The notes: generated from the letters alone by a model not told the origin. 40,339 nt of DNA from Thermoplasmata archaeon (GCA_021826925.1 JAKAYB010000001.1:1-40339); one strand, 5' to 3'; counted from the stretch's first letter, positions 1 to 8,910 are shown. Translations and numbers: made by a program.

Positions 1-186
1 CCTTTGCCTACCATCTCATCACCTCATGAACGGGAAAGAGATTAAAAAATCCCTCTCTCTGGACTCTCACCCTATTTAAACCTTTCTCCATGCTCATGTT
101 GTCTGAACGTAACTGGATCCGTAACACGTTTCTCATTCAACGCAACAATTATTTCGATGGTGTGGAAAGTAAATCCTTTCCTTTGC

Positions 187-1206
187 TTAAGCTGTTGAAG
201 CCTCGACGCGAACGTAATCCATCAATCCGTCTATTATTCTTTCTTTTATCATTGAAGGGTTCTTCCAGGTAAAAAGTGACGGTTCCAGATAGCACGATAA
301 TGCGCATTTATTGCAACTCTCATACTCTTCCCAGTTGTAGTTGTTCCATACCTTGACAATATCTACATCCCAAACTTTTGAGCTGCCATTGTACTCATTC
401 AGGACATAACACGGCATCACCAGATTTCCCAGGGGATCAACGTTCATTGTTAGCCATGGCTTACATTTCCATCCATTTCCATTGAACCACGAATTGGTAA
501 CCGCTTGGAAATACTCTTTGGAATTGACAATTTTGTATCCCTTCTCCTTCATTAATGCAAGTGTTTGTACAGCTTCCTTTAGCTTATCCATGCCTGGAGA
601 CTCTTTTTCTGCCGTGGAATAATTATATGCAATCTGAAAATTTACTCCAACACCCAGTTTTTCCGCCAGTAAAACTAGATCCTTAGCCTGAAAATAATTT
701 TCCTCAGTTATCGTTGAACTGAGTGAAAGAGATATGTGACCACGGGCAGCCTTCACACCTTCTATCGCTTTGTCAAAAGATCCAGAGACACCCCGCATTT
801 TGTCATGTAGTGAGCCTATGCCGTCTATCGACACAAACATATAGTCAAGGTAATCTTCAATACTTTTTAATTTGTTCTTCAGAAGCCACCCATTGGTGAC
901 CATGGAGGTATGGAATCTCTTATGAGATTCTGCAAGTATATCCTGAACATCGTTCCTCAGAAGAGGTTCTCCACCTTCGAATCCAAGGAATGAGACACCT
1001 GCTCTTTTCATGGACTCCATCATTTTGACCTCTTCTTCCACAGTTAGAAGCTGCTCATCTTTTCTCCTCCAGAATGGGCACATTTTGCACTCGAGGTTAC
1101 ACCTATATAGAAGTTTATGACCAGCAATCAAGGGGGCTTTGTTTCCATTGAACCCTTTAAGTTTCCTCTCTATTGTCCTCCATAAAACCGGTCTGATCAC
1201 TGCCAT
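187..1206 (-). CDS. Radical SAM enzyme with Cys-rich SPASM/twitch-like C-terminal region
   Basis: 339-aa ORF with an ATG start. It carries the canonical CxxxCxxC motif (CNLECKMC) about 35 aa from the N-terminus and a GGEPLL SAM-binding motif. The C-terminus has extra Cys clusters (WKCKPW...MPCY and CNKCALSCY), consistent with an auxiliary Fe-S domain. Confidence 0.8.
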   Translation of the reverse strand: MAVIRPVLWRTIERKLKGFNGNKAPLIAGHKLLYRCNLECKMCPFWRRKDEQLLTVEEEVKMMESMKRAGVSFLGFEGGEPLLRNDVQDILAESHKRFHTSMVTNGWLLKNKLKSIEDYLDYMFVSIDGIGSLHDKMRGVSGSFDKAIEGVKAARGHISLSLSSTITEENYFQAKDLVLLAEKLGVGVNFQIAYNYSTAEKESPGMDKLKEAVQTLALMKEKGYKIVNSKEYFQAVTNSWFNGNGWKCKPWLTMNVDPLGNLVMPCYVLNEYNGSSKVWDVDIVKVWNNYNWEEYESCNKCALSCYLEPSLFTWKNPSMIKERIIDGLMDYVRVEASTA

Positions 1207-1296
1207 AAATCATATAGCATGATACGGTATATAAATATGATTACAACAATATGTTGGCTTTCATGGAATATAAATACAATTTTGGTATGCAAATAT

Positions 1297-1794
1297 ATGT
1301 TTTCTGCAATGGAATATTATACTGAATTTTCACTGCATAGGAAACTGACAATCGATTTACTCATGTCAGTTTCCAGTAGTCAACTGGCCGAGGCCCCAAT
1401 ATCTAAGGCCGGTACTCTGGGAAAACAATTCAGGCATTTGAATGACGTATCGAAGTGTTACACCGATGCACTTGAGAATCAAAAACTCGTGTTCGAAAGA
1501 AACGATGTTGACCACTCTCTTGAAACAGACAAGTCTAGACTAATAACCGAGTTAAAATTGACGAAAGAACGACTACGGAGCTTCATTGAATCAGTAGATC
1601 CTGCAGTATTCTCGCAAGAAATTATAGATTGTCGAGAATCTGAGAAGTATGTCGGTGTCGAGCGAACTTCACCAAGAATTATTGTTTGGTGGATGATAGA
1701 ACACGAAATATTTCACGAAGGTCAACTAGCGCTGTACATTAGAAACTTTGGTACGTATTTTCCAGAATCATGGAAAATTTGGGGCCTAAAATAG
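1297..1794 (+). CDS. DinB-superfamily (DinB_2-like) four-helix-bundle protein
   Basis: The C-terminal WWMIEHEIFHEGQLALY matches the His-rich DinB signature. The ORF is open from 1219, but its first 26 codons are AT-rich and not protein-like. I prefer ATG 1297 (MFSAMEYY), which gives about 165 aa, typical of the family. The start is uncertain. Confidence 0.55.
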   Translation: MFSAMEYYTEFSLHRKLTIDLLMSVSSSQLAEAPISKAGTLGKQFRHLNDVSKCYTDALENQKLVFERNDVDHSLETDKSRLITELKLTKERLRSFIESVDPAVFSQEIIDCRESEKYVGVERTSPRIIVWWMIEHEIFHEGQLALYIRNFGTYFPESWKIWGLK

Positions 1795-1838
1795 GTGGAT
1801 TTCCTAATTTTCTCATTCGTACAGATCTTACGGCGGGA

Positions 1839-3242
1839 TCATTCAGATCTGTGCTCACTTCCACGGACAAACGAAAGAAATGCAGCTATTATAAGAATAA
1901 TAAGAGAAACATAGAGTGCCGCATGAACTCCAGCCATGAATTCTGTTGTGACATTTCCGAGAAGCTTGCCTATGCCAGCAAAGACTTCGAACGCGACACT
2001 TCTAGGTACGCTAAGGCTTGCAACCGAAATTGCCAGAACGAAACTACCCAGCATACCTATGTTGGACATCGTTCGGAGAAACCCGGATGTCATGCCATAA
2101 AATTCTCTTGGTGAATTTGCCATGACAGCGCTGTTGTTTGCAGGAAAGAACATTGAACTTCCAGTTCCAGTGAAAAAGGAGGCAACAAGTATTACATAAA
2201 GAGGGGATACAACCGTTAATGTAATATAAACAAGAACAGACACGGCCATAATGCTCAGGCCTAACGTTGCAGGGATCCTCGATCCAATCCTGTCAGTAAG
2301 TCTGCCAAAAACTGGGCCCAATACACTGCCCACAACGTATCCAGGAAGGAGCAGAAGTGAACTGTAAAATGGCGTTAGCCCCCTAATTCCTTGAAGATAC
2401 ATTATTATGATGAACACAACAGCCAAAAAACCCAAGCTCTGGAAAAACGATGCCATTATGGAAAAACTGAGGATTCTAATATGAAATATCTTTTTCGGAA
2501 GTAATGGATTTTTCACTCTATTCTCAATATACAGAAATAAAAATATGGTTGCAACACCAAGGACGATGAGTATCTCATTGAAGAGATCAACACCATGCAG
2601 GGAAATGTCCGTTGCAGCATATGAGATAAGGATTAGGGCACCGCCAAGGGACAAGGCGCCTGGTAAATCAAGCTTATTTGCTATCGGCGATCCACGTTTC
2701 ACATATTTCAAAGCATAATATAGGGCAAAAGCACCGATTGGCACGTTAATGTAGAAAATATATCTCCATCCTATGAATGTGGTAATAACGCCACCCAAAA
2801 TTATGCCAATCATTGCACCAGAATTGTATCCCACTGAAGTATAGCCAAACACTCTCCCTCTCTTGTTTGGTGGGAAATTGTCCGCAACTATTGCGCCACT
2901 ATTTGCCTGTATCATGGCCGCACCACTTCCTTGCAGTACTCTGAAGGCAATGAGTTCAAAAATAGATGCGGAAGCGCCGCAAAGGGCCGAACCAATTGTG
3001 AAGAGGGCAATTCCAGTATTGAACATTTTCTTACGAGTAAGTAAGTCGCCTAATCTACCGAGCTGTGTAGTTCCAACGGCTATGACTAGAAGATAAATCA
3101 TTATTATCCATATTGAAACAGAGAGAGGAGCATTGAGTTGCACGGTTATGGTTGGAAGTGCAAGTATTACTATCGTCGAATCAACTGCACCCATCAGAAC
3201 GGCTGTCAATAATGCAATTATCAATTTAGAATCTTTATCCAT
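1839..3242 (-). CDS. MFS transporter, DHA2/EmrB-like (about 14 TM)
   Basis: Hydrophobic throughout, with the MFS motif A region (GRLGDLLTRKKMF) and motif C-like FRVLQGSGAAM. The ORF is open to 3329, but ATG 3242 (MDKDSKLIIALL) sits just before TM1. Confidence 0.8.
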   Translation of the reverse strand: MDKDSKLIIALLTAVLMGAVDSTIVILALPTITVQLNAPLSVSIWIIMIYLLVIAVGTTQLGRLGDLLTRKKMFNTGIALFTIGSALCGASASIFELIAFRVLQGSGAAMIQANSGAIVADNFPPNKRGRVFGYTSVGYNSGAMIGIILGGVITTFIGWRYIFYINVPIGAFALYYALKYVKRGSPIANKLDLPGALSLGGALILISYAATDISLHGVDLFNEILIVLGVATIFLFLYIENRVKNPLLPKKIFHIRILSFSIMASFFQSLGFLAVVFIIIMYLQGIRGLTPFYSSLLLLPGYVVGSVLGPVFGRLTDRIGSRIPATLGLSIMAVSVLVYITLTVVSPLYVILVASFFTGTGSSMFFPANNSAVMANSPREFYGMTSGFLRTMSNIGMLGSFVLAISVASLSVPRSVAFEVFAGIGKLLGNVTTEFMAGVHAALYVSLIILIIAAFLSFVRGSEHRSE

Positions 3243-3728
3243 TCTGTCATTCTCGTTTAGAAATGGTAATGATATCCTATCGTTTAAACGCATTGATTTA
3301 AAGATATTTATGACCCCTTTATCCAGCATTCATTCCGTCTGCAGCCGGTACGATTAAGAAGAGATGAATCATAATCTGATTTTATACCTTACATTAGTAA
3401 AGTAGTAACGCGCTATCCTTTCAGATGGAAACACAAAATACTGTGTTCACGCTTTGGAACCCTGTTCCATTCAACTACTTTCGCAATGGTGAAAGCTTAA
3501 CTATGGCTAGAGTTTCTGAAGTGTTGGAATAACAATTATCCCGGAAAATTCAATGTATCAATTTTTAAAAAGTTATTGGAAATACTTACTTTACTATTAA
3601 TTTAGGAATGTCTATGCAAAATGAAATAATGGGGCAGGTTTTGATAGACTGAAAACAAATCCCAAACAATTACTGAGTTCTCCAAAATGATTGTAAGCCG
3701 ATCCTGACAGTCGGATATGGAGGGAAAT

Positions 3729-4703
3729 TTAGTTATTTCTGTTTTCAATATACAACTCTGGCATTTCCTCCATTTGTATTTTTGCGGAGACTATTTTATT
3801 TTTCCTTACCACAGCAAATTCCACATTTTCACCTAATTTTATATTCGCAAGTGTTGAAAGCAAAACCCTCATAGAGTCTACCTTCATTCCATTGATTGAA
3901 ACTATTGTGTCATAGAGCTCTAGGCCCGATCTATGTGCAGGCCCGCCGCGCGTCATTCTCAATATCATTACGCCGTTTTTTGTGGGCAATTGGAGTCGTG
4001 AGGCTATTTCGTCTGTTACAGTAATTCCAGAAATGCCAAGCCATGGCCGAACGACACGTCCAGATGTAAGTATCTGCTCTACTATCCTGTTAACTGTGTT
4101 CGATGGTATCGCGAATCCTACGCCCTGTGCAAATGGGATCATTGCAGTGTTTATGCCTATAACACTACCGGACAGATCGACAAGTGGTCCGCCACTGTTT
4201 CCAGGATTAATAGCTGCATCTGTCTGTATTAACCCTTCAAATATAAAATCGGACCATGGCATTGGTCTGCCAATGGCGCTTACTACACCGAGTGAAACTG
4301 TTGGGGCTCCAGGAAGACCAAGAGCATTTCCAACAGCTATAGCGAACTGCCCCGCCTTGAGGTTATCTGAATCAGCAAATTTGACTGGACTCATTCCATT
4401 TGCTTTCGTTTTTAATAGGGCTAAATCAGTCAGCGAATCTGCACCAATTATTTCAGCATTTAAGATTGTACCGTCCGGCGTAATTACTTCAGTTTCCTGG
4501 GATTCGTCAATAACGTGATTGTTTGTCAATATGTATCCACTTGTACTTAGTATTATTCCACTCGCAGTTGATTCTGTTCTGAGAGGTATGGCATTTCTAT
4601 ACGCCTTGATTTTTCTACTATTTATCTGCACGACGCTTTTGCTGACGGTGTCCACTACTTCAATAACCTTTGTCTGAATATCTTCTGCACTCATTTTCAT
4701 CAT
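3729..4703 (-). CDS. htrA: HtrA/DegP-family serine protease (S1C) with C-terminal PDZ domain
   Basis: The catalytic triad contexts are present: TNNHVI (His), DLALLK (Asp) and GNSGGPL (Ser). A PDZ-like C-terminus follows (GVMILRMTRGGPAHRSGLELYDTIVSINGMKV). No N-terminal hydrophobic segment is visible. Confidence 0.85.
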   Translation of the reverse strand: MMKMSAEDIQTKVIEVVDTVSKSVVQINSRKIKAYRNAIPLRTESTASGIILSTSGYILTNNHVIDESQETEVITPDGTILNAEIIGADSLTDLALLKTKANGMSPVKFADSDNLKAGQFAIAVGNALGLPGAPTVSLGVVSAIGRPMPWSDFIFEGLIQTDAAINPGNSGGPLVDLSGSVIGINTAMIPFAQGVGFAIPSNTVNRIVEQILTSGRVVRPWLGISGITVTDEIASRLQLPTKNGVMILRMTRGGPAHRSGLELYDTIVSINGMKVDSMRVLLSTLANIKLGENVEFAVVRKNKIVSAKIQMEEMPELYIENRNN

Positions 4704-4752
4704 CCATAAATTAAGATCAGGTTATTATATCAGGAAGTATCATTAGGGATAC

Positions 4753-5175
4753 ATGGTTTCAACAAATGAACAGTTAAATGTCTTACCGATCGAATTGGCA
4801 AATCTTTCCGGAAAAATTCATAGCGAAATCCACGTGCTTAATGATCGATGGACTTTACCAATCATTTTTCTACTTGAAAAAGAAAACAAAATGCGATTTT
4901 CACAGATAAAAAGATCGCTTAAGGGAATAGGTGGGCGCAGTTTATCAAGGGCCCTTACTTCACTGGAATCTGTTTATATCATTGCTAGAACAGTAACTGA
5001 CTCGAACCCACCTGCCGTGTATTATTCACTGTCCGATAAGGGTGTAAGGCTTGTCCCTATATTGCTGGAACTTTTTGAATGGAAGGATAGGTTGGAATCT
5101 AAACCTTATCCTGCAACAGAAGAGATCATGATAAAGGAAACCAGACATATCAAAAAAGAATCCGTTACAAGATAA
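4753..5175 (+). CDS. HxlR-family winged-helix transcriptional regulator
   Basis: RFSQIKRSLKGIGGRSLSRALTSLES...PPAVYYSLSDKG matches the HxlR HTH/wing pattern. The gene is divergent from htrA with a 49-bp spacer. Confidence 0.7.
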   Translation: MVSTNEQLNVLPIELANLSGKIHSEIHVLNDRWTLPIIFLLEKENKMRFSQIKRSLKGIGGRSLSRALTSLESVYIIARTVTDSNPPAVYYSLSDKGVRLVPILLELFEWKDRLESKPYPATEEIMIKETRHIKKESVTR

Positions 5176-5271
5176 GCGATTGCTTGACCGCTTATGAGTG
5201 GCCAAATTATTATCATAAAGTTAATATCGCAACAACGCAAAATTTAAAAAAGCTCTCATCATTTCATTAAC

Positions 5272-5931
5272 ATGGCTAATTATGAGATCGTTGGGAATGA
5301 AGTGCAGTACCTAAAAGTTGGATTGAATCAAGGAGAATCAATGTTTGTTGAACCAGGTCATCTTATTTACAAGACTCAGGGCGCAAAGCTTGATACTCAG
5401 AGTGGTGGCCTAAGGGGTGCATTTTCTCATATGCTTGCTGGTTCCGCCATTTTCTTGCTGAAAGTTGAGGGACCCGGTGAATTCGGGTCCGCTGGTTTTT
5501 TGCCTGGTAAGGTACAGAGGATAGATCTGAATGGAAATTCAGTATTGGCTGAATTCAATGCCTTTTTGTGTATGGACTCGACAATAAATTATTCCACAAA
5601 ATTTGCTGGGATGTGGCAGGGGGTATTCGGCGGTGAAGGCTTTTTCCTTGAAAAATTTACAGGAACTGGTGCCCTTATGCTGCATGGTCATGGTCATGTC
5701 ATAGAAATGGATCTTAAACCTGGAGAGGAGATACAGGTAGAATTAAGTCATGTCCTTGCCTTTGACGAGTCCGTTCAGTATAACGTATCAAGAATAGGCG
5801 GCCTTAAGACAATGGTATTGGCAGGGATGGAAGGAGAAGGGCTCTTCTTCGCAAACATGGTTGGTCCCGGGAGAGTCTGGCTTCACACAATTTCGCTCTT
5901 TGAACTTGCTGCCAAGCTTGTTCGGAGGTAA
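5272..5931 (+). CDS. AIM24 / TIGR00266 (DUF124) family protein
   Basis: 219 aa. The N-terminus MANYEIVGNEVQYLKVGLNQGESMFVEPGHLIYK and the overall length fit my recollection of the AIM24/TIGR00266 beta-rich family. No other motifs support the call. Confidence 0.6.
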   Translation: MANYEIVGNEVQYLKVGLNQGESMFVEPGHLIYKTQGAKLDTQSGGLRGAFSHMLAGSAIFLLKVEGPGEFGSAGFLPGKVQRIDLNGNSVLAEFNAFLCMDSTINYSTKFAGMWQGVFGGEGFFLEKFTGTGALMLHGHGHVIEMDLKPGEEIQVELSHVLAFDESVQYNVSRIGGLKTMVLAGMEGEGLFFANMVGPGRVWLHTISLFELAAKLVRR

Positions 5932-6152
5932 ACGCGTCATAGATCCTTTACAAAATTCTAAAAAATAGAATATATTTCCGTGTTGTTCAATCGACTAAAT
6001 AATGATCTTCTGCGGAGTTGTATTCGTTGCTCGCATGAACATCAAGTATTCTTCGTTTCGTAATCAATTTCCATGAGGTTCATTTCTTCAGGAATGACTG
6101 GACGTCGGTAAATATGTCCTCAGCTTGGCAAAATGGCATTTTTATTAAGAGA

Positions 6153-6237
6153 TGCGAGGGATGGGATTTGAACCCACGAACCCCTACGGGACAGAATCTT
6201 AAGTCCTGCACAGTTGGCCAGGCTTTGTTACCCTCGC
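6153..6237 (-). tRNA. tRNA-Leu (anticodon UAA), class II with long variable arm, no intron, CCA not encoded
   Basis: The reverse complement folds by hand into a tRNA. Acceptor stem is GCGAGGG/CCCTCGC plus discriminator A. The D stem is 3 bp with an AGCCTGGCCAA loop. The anticodon stem is CAGGA/TTCTG with loop CT-TAA-GA. The variable arm is CCCgtaGGG, and the T arm is GTGGG-TTCAAAT-CCCAT. Confidence 0.9.
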
Positions 6238-6451
6238 AGTGTAACGGTTTATAACTGGGACATATATTAAAAGTGTGAAAGCTGAAAAAGGTGAGTAAGA
6301 ACCCATAAAAGGAGTCTATAGTCTTTATACCTTTTTAAGGGCACTAAGCTGGCGTTCACAGATGGAATAATATTCTTTTTTATTGTCTTTATAGCGTTTC
6401 GGTTGCAGTTCGGCTGTTTTTAAAAATGCATAAAAGCCATCTGCAAATCAG

Positions 6452-6470
6452 AAACAATTAGGAATTGTTT
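6452..6470. promoter_or_regulatory. Perfect 8-bp inverted repeat AAACAATT-agg-AATTGTTT in the intergenic region upstream of the small ORF/Lrp pair
   Basis: Read directly from the sequence. It lies about 100 bp upstream of ATG 6572. It could be an operator or a hairpin, but its statistical weight is modest in AT-rich DNA. Confidence 0.25.
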
Positions 6471-6571
6471 TACGACAGAACCAATTTCTTTTTGAGAAAT
6501 CTTCACACGAGTCAGTGTTCAGTTTTATCTGAGCCTCAAAACCTTATTAGGTAAAGAACATTACCATATGT

Positions 6572-6847
6572 ATGATGCCTGGCATGATCCCCCCTGGGGG
6601 CGAACTTGTTGAATTCGAACTCGAAGAGGAACCGAAATGGATAACTGTAAAGCTCAAAGATGGATCTGTTATTCAAATAAAGATGGAGATAGTTGCGATT
6701 CTCAGAAATGGTAACGACCAGAATACCGGATTACCCCTGTACATGGTTCAGGCTACAAACATAATAAGAATGATGAAAGTACCAAAAGAGCTGATTAAGA
6801 AAGGTTCTACAGCCGACGATAGTAAGAGTCAGCCTCTCTATAGGTAA
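6572..6847 (+). CDS. Hypothetical small soluble protein (91 aa)
   Basis: ORF with an ATG start and no TM segment, Cys or recognisable motif. It sits 39 nt upstream of the Lrp/AsnC gene on the same strand. Coding status rests on ORF length and protein-like composition only. Confidence 0.45.
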   Translation: MMPGMIPPGGELVEFELEEEPKWITVKLKDGSVIQIKMEIVAILRNGNDQNTGLPLYMVQATNIIRMMKVPKELIKKGSTADDSKSQPLYR

Positions 6848-6886
6848 GCACAGAGAATGCTTTTATCCAAGATATAATACTGCTTT

Positions 6887-7279
6887 GTGGACGAAATAGA
6901 CTGGTCTATTGTAAATATTTTGAAAGAGAATTCAAGAACAACAAATTCCAACATCGGCAGGAAACTTAATATTTCTGAGGGAACAGTGCGAAAAAGGATC
7001 AAGAATATGCTTAAGTCTGGTGTTATTAAGAAATTTACAGTTATTGTCAAAAATAATGGGATTGAGGGAATGATATTGCTCACCATAGATTCAAAGAAAG
7101 CAAAGCACGTTAGCGATATAATTACCAAAAAATTTGATGAAGTCTACGAATTTACCGGTAAATACGATATAGCTCTTCAAGTAAGCTGTAGCTCCCTAGT
7201 CGAACTTAACAATGTAGTTGATGAACTTCGTTCAATCGACGGCATAAAGGAGACAAACACATTGGTACGCCTTCATTAA
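6887..7279 (+). CDS. Lrp/AsnC-family transcriptional regulator
   Basis: GTG start. The N-terminal HTH (DEIDWSIVNILKENSRTTNSNIGRKLNISEGTVRKRIKNM) is followed by a RAM/ACT-like C-terminal domain. At 130 aa the protein is typical of archaeal Lrp-like regulators. Confidence 0.85.
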   Translation: MDEIDWSIVNILKENSRTTNSNIGRKLNISEGTVRKRIKNMLKSGVIKKFTVIVKNNGIEGMILLTIDSKKAKHVSDIITKKFDEVYEFTGKYDIALQVSCSSLVELNNVVDELRSIDGIKETNTLVRLH

Positions 7280-7489
7280 AGCCGTTACTGTGCATTAATA
7301 AAATAGCGGAATGGAGAGATCGATAGTTGGGTCTATACGACTCTGGATGCGTATTTCATATCTAGTTCTAGTTGAGATCCATTTATGATTTCCTGAGTTC
7401 AGAGCAATAACTGCACATTCATCATGATCAGAAACATTCAACGGCGAAAGGTTAAATATCTTTTGATAATCGCAGAGAGAGGTATTTAC

Positions 7490-7759
7490 ATGGCTGACGA
7501 AAACATAATCTACGTGGGTAAAAAACCAACAATGAATTACGTGCTTGCCGTTGTGACGCAGTTCAATAACGACGCGAATAGAATTACAATAAAGGCCCGA
7601 GGTAAAGCAATTAGTAAGGCAGTAGATATAGCGGAAATAACGAAACGAAAATTTTTGCAGACTGTTACTTACGAAAAAATAACCCTAAATACTGAGACAC
7701 TCGAAGGGGAAAGAGGGACATCAAACGTTTCTTCAATAGAAATAACATTAGCTAAATAA
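7490..7759 (+). CDS. albA: DNA/RNA-binding chromatin protein Alba
   Basis: MADENIIYVGKKPTMNYVLAVVTQF...ITIKARGKAISKAVDIAEI is the classic Alba/Sso10b pattern. ATG 7490 is preceded by GAGAGGT 6 nt upstream. The longer ORF from 7424 is unlikely. Confidence 0.9.
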   Translation: MADENIIYVGKKPTMNYVLAVVTQFNNDANRITIKARGKAISKAVDIAEITKRKFLQTVTYEKITLNTETLEGERGTSNVSSIEITLAK

Positions 7760-7763
7760 TTAG

Positions 7764-7800
7764 GTAGGTAAACTTTTTCTATAAACCTACTTCTCTTTGT
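7764..7800 (+). terminator. Hairpin plus T-rich tract downstream of alba
   Basis: GTAGGT (7764-7769) pairs with ACCTAC (7785-7790). The 15-nt loop contains TTTTT and is followed by TTCTCTTTGTT. Archaeal termination uses oligo-T tracts. Confidence 0.3.
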
Positions 7801-7868
7801 TAGGGCAATTTTGACTCGTCTCATTATGAATTCATTAACATTAAATCAATCATTGCAATAAGGAGCAT

Positions 7869-8849
7869 ATGACTGACTTTCAGGAATGGCAATCCGGCTT
7901 GCATGGTATTGTCTCTGAAATAAACAAGCGGTTGTTTGAAAGTATAGATACTCTACAAAAGGATCTTAGCCGGATGGCAAAGTATACGATTGAAGCCGGT
8001 GGAAAACGCTTTAGACCACTGCTTACAGTTCTTGCATATGAAATTAGCTGCGATAAACCATTTGAGAATATTCTTGATCTAGCTGTCGGCTATGAACTTA
8101 TTCACACGGCGAGTCTGGTCCATGATGATATAATTGACGCAGCGAATTCGAGACGCGGGAAACCATCTTTGAATGCTGTTGACGGTATAAACAACGCTAT
8201 AGTTGTAGGAGATTACCTGTTCGCCAAGGCGTATGAACTGGGTTCCCGTTATGGTCCAGAAGTTTCCAGAATAATGGCCGATGGATCCACTCATCTGGCG
8301 GAAGGACAGATAACAGAAGCTATGAATCTTGGTAATCTGGAGATAAGTGAAGATACTTATTTTGATATTATTAGCAATAAAACCGCTAAATTCTTTGAGG
8401 CGTGTGCTCTCGGTGCAACAACCGCTGCAAATGCATCTGAATCAATTTCCCTTAACCTGAAAGATTTCGCATATAATTTAGGCATGGCTTTTCAGGTGAC
8501 CGATGACATATTGGATGTTGTAGGTGATACCAAGAAGATCGGAAAACCGACATTTACGGACTTCAGGCATAATGCCATAACTCTGCCTCTCATTCATACT
8601 ATCAGTAAATCTGGCGATGATTTTAAGGTAGAACTAAGGCACGCAGAGGAAACGAACGATCCTACATCAGAAAATAGAATACGGGAAAAGATAATTGAGA
8701 CAGGTTCAATAGATTATTCATTCTCTGTTGCAAAGAAATTCACAAATAAGGCGCTAAATGCACTTAAGGATACTGGCAAATCTCCAGACCTTGCTCTTTT
8801 AGTTGAGTTAGGCATGTCTGTCATGGAAAGGATAGACGAAATGCAGTAA
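7869..8849 (+). CDS. trans-Polyprenyl diphosphate synthase, probably medium/long chain (IspB/HepT-like) rather than GGPP synthase
   Basis: Both Asp-rich motifs are present: FARM LVHDDIID followed by RRGKPS, and SARM FQVTDDILD. Small residues Ala-Ser sit at -5/-4 before FARM (HTASLVHDD). An AAGGAG Shine-Dalgarno (SD) motif precedes the ATG. Confidence 0.85.
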   Translation: MTDFQEWQSGLHGIVSEINKRLFESIDTLQKDLSRMAKYTIEAGGKRFRPLLTVLAYEISCDKPFENILDLAVGYELIHTASLVHDDIIDAANSRRGKPSLNAVDGINNAIVVGDYLFAKAYELGSRYGPEVSRIMADGSTHLAEGQITEAMNLGNLEISEDTYFDIISNKTAKFFEACALGATTAANASESISLNLKDFAYNLGMAFQVTDDILDVVGDTKKIGKPTFTDFRHNAITLPLIHTISKSGDDFKVELRHAEETNDPTSENRIREKIIETGSIDYSFSVAKKFTNKALNALKDTGKSPDLALLVELGMSVMERIDEMQ

Positions 8850-8910
8850 AAACCGAAGAAGTGTAATTCCTAGAGTAAAAAATAAATCAGTCACAGCGCT
8901 AACAGGATTC

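Noticed and set aside
90-272. 60-aa plus-strand ORF at the left edge
   Set aside because: It overlaps the 3' end of the radical SAM gene on the opposite strand. It is low-complexity and basic, has no motif, and looks like a shadow ORF.
1770-3357. Plus-strand ORFs (114, 77 and 74 aa) opposite the MFS transporter
   Set aside because: They lie entirely antisense to a well-supported polytopic membrane gene. Their composition mirrors the complement of hydrophobic codons.
3455-3469. Inverted repeat TGGAACcctGTTCCA in the 400-bp spacer between htrA and the MFS gene
   Set aside because: With only 6-bp arms, several such repeats are expected by chance in 40 kb. It is not positioned near either gene's start or stop.
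3982-4518. 178-aa plus-strand ORF
   Set aside because: It is antisense to the HtrA protease, is Pro/Ser/Thr-rich and has no motifs. It is a shadow ORF.
6838-7128. 96-aa minus-strand ORF
   Set aside because: It is antisense to the clearly recognisable Lrp/AsnC gene.
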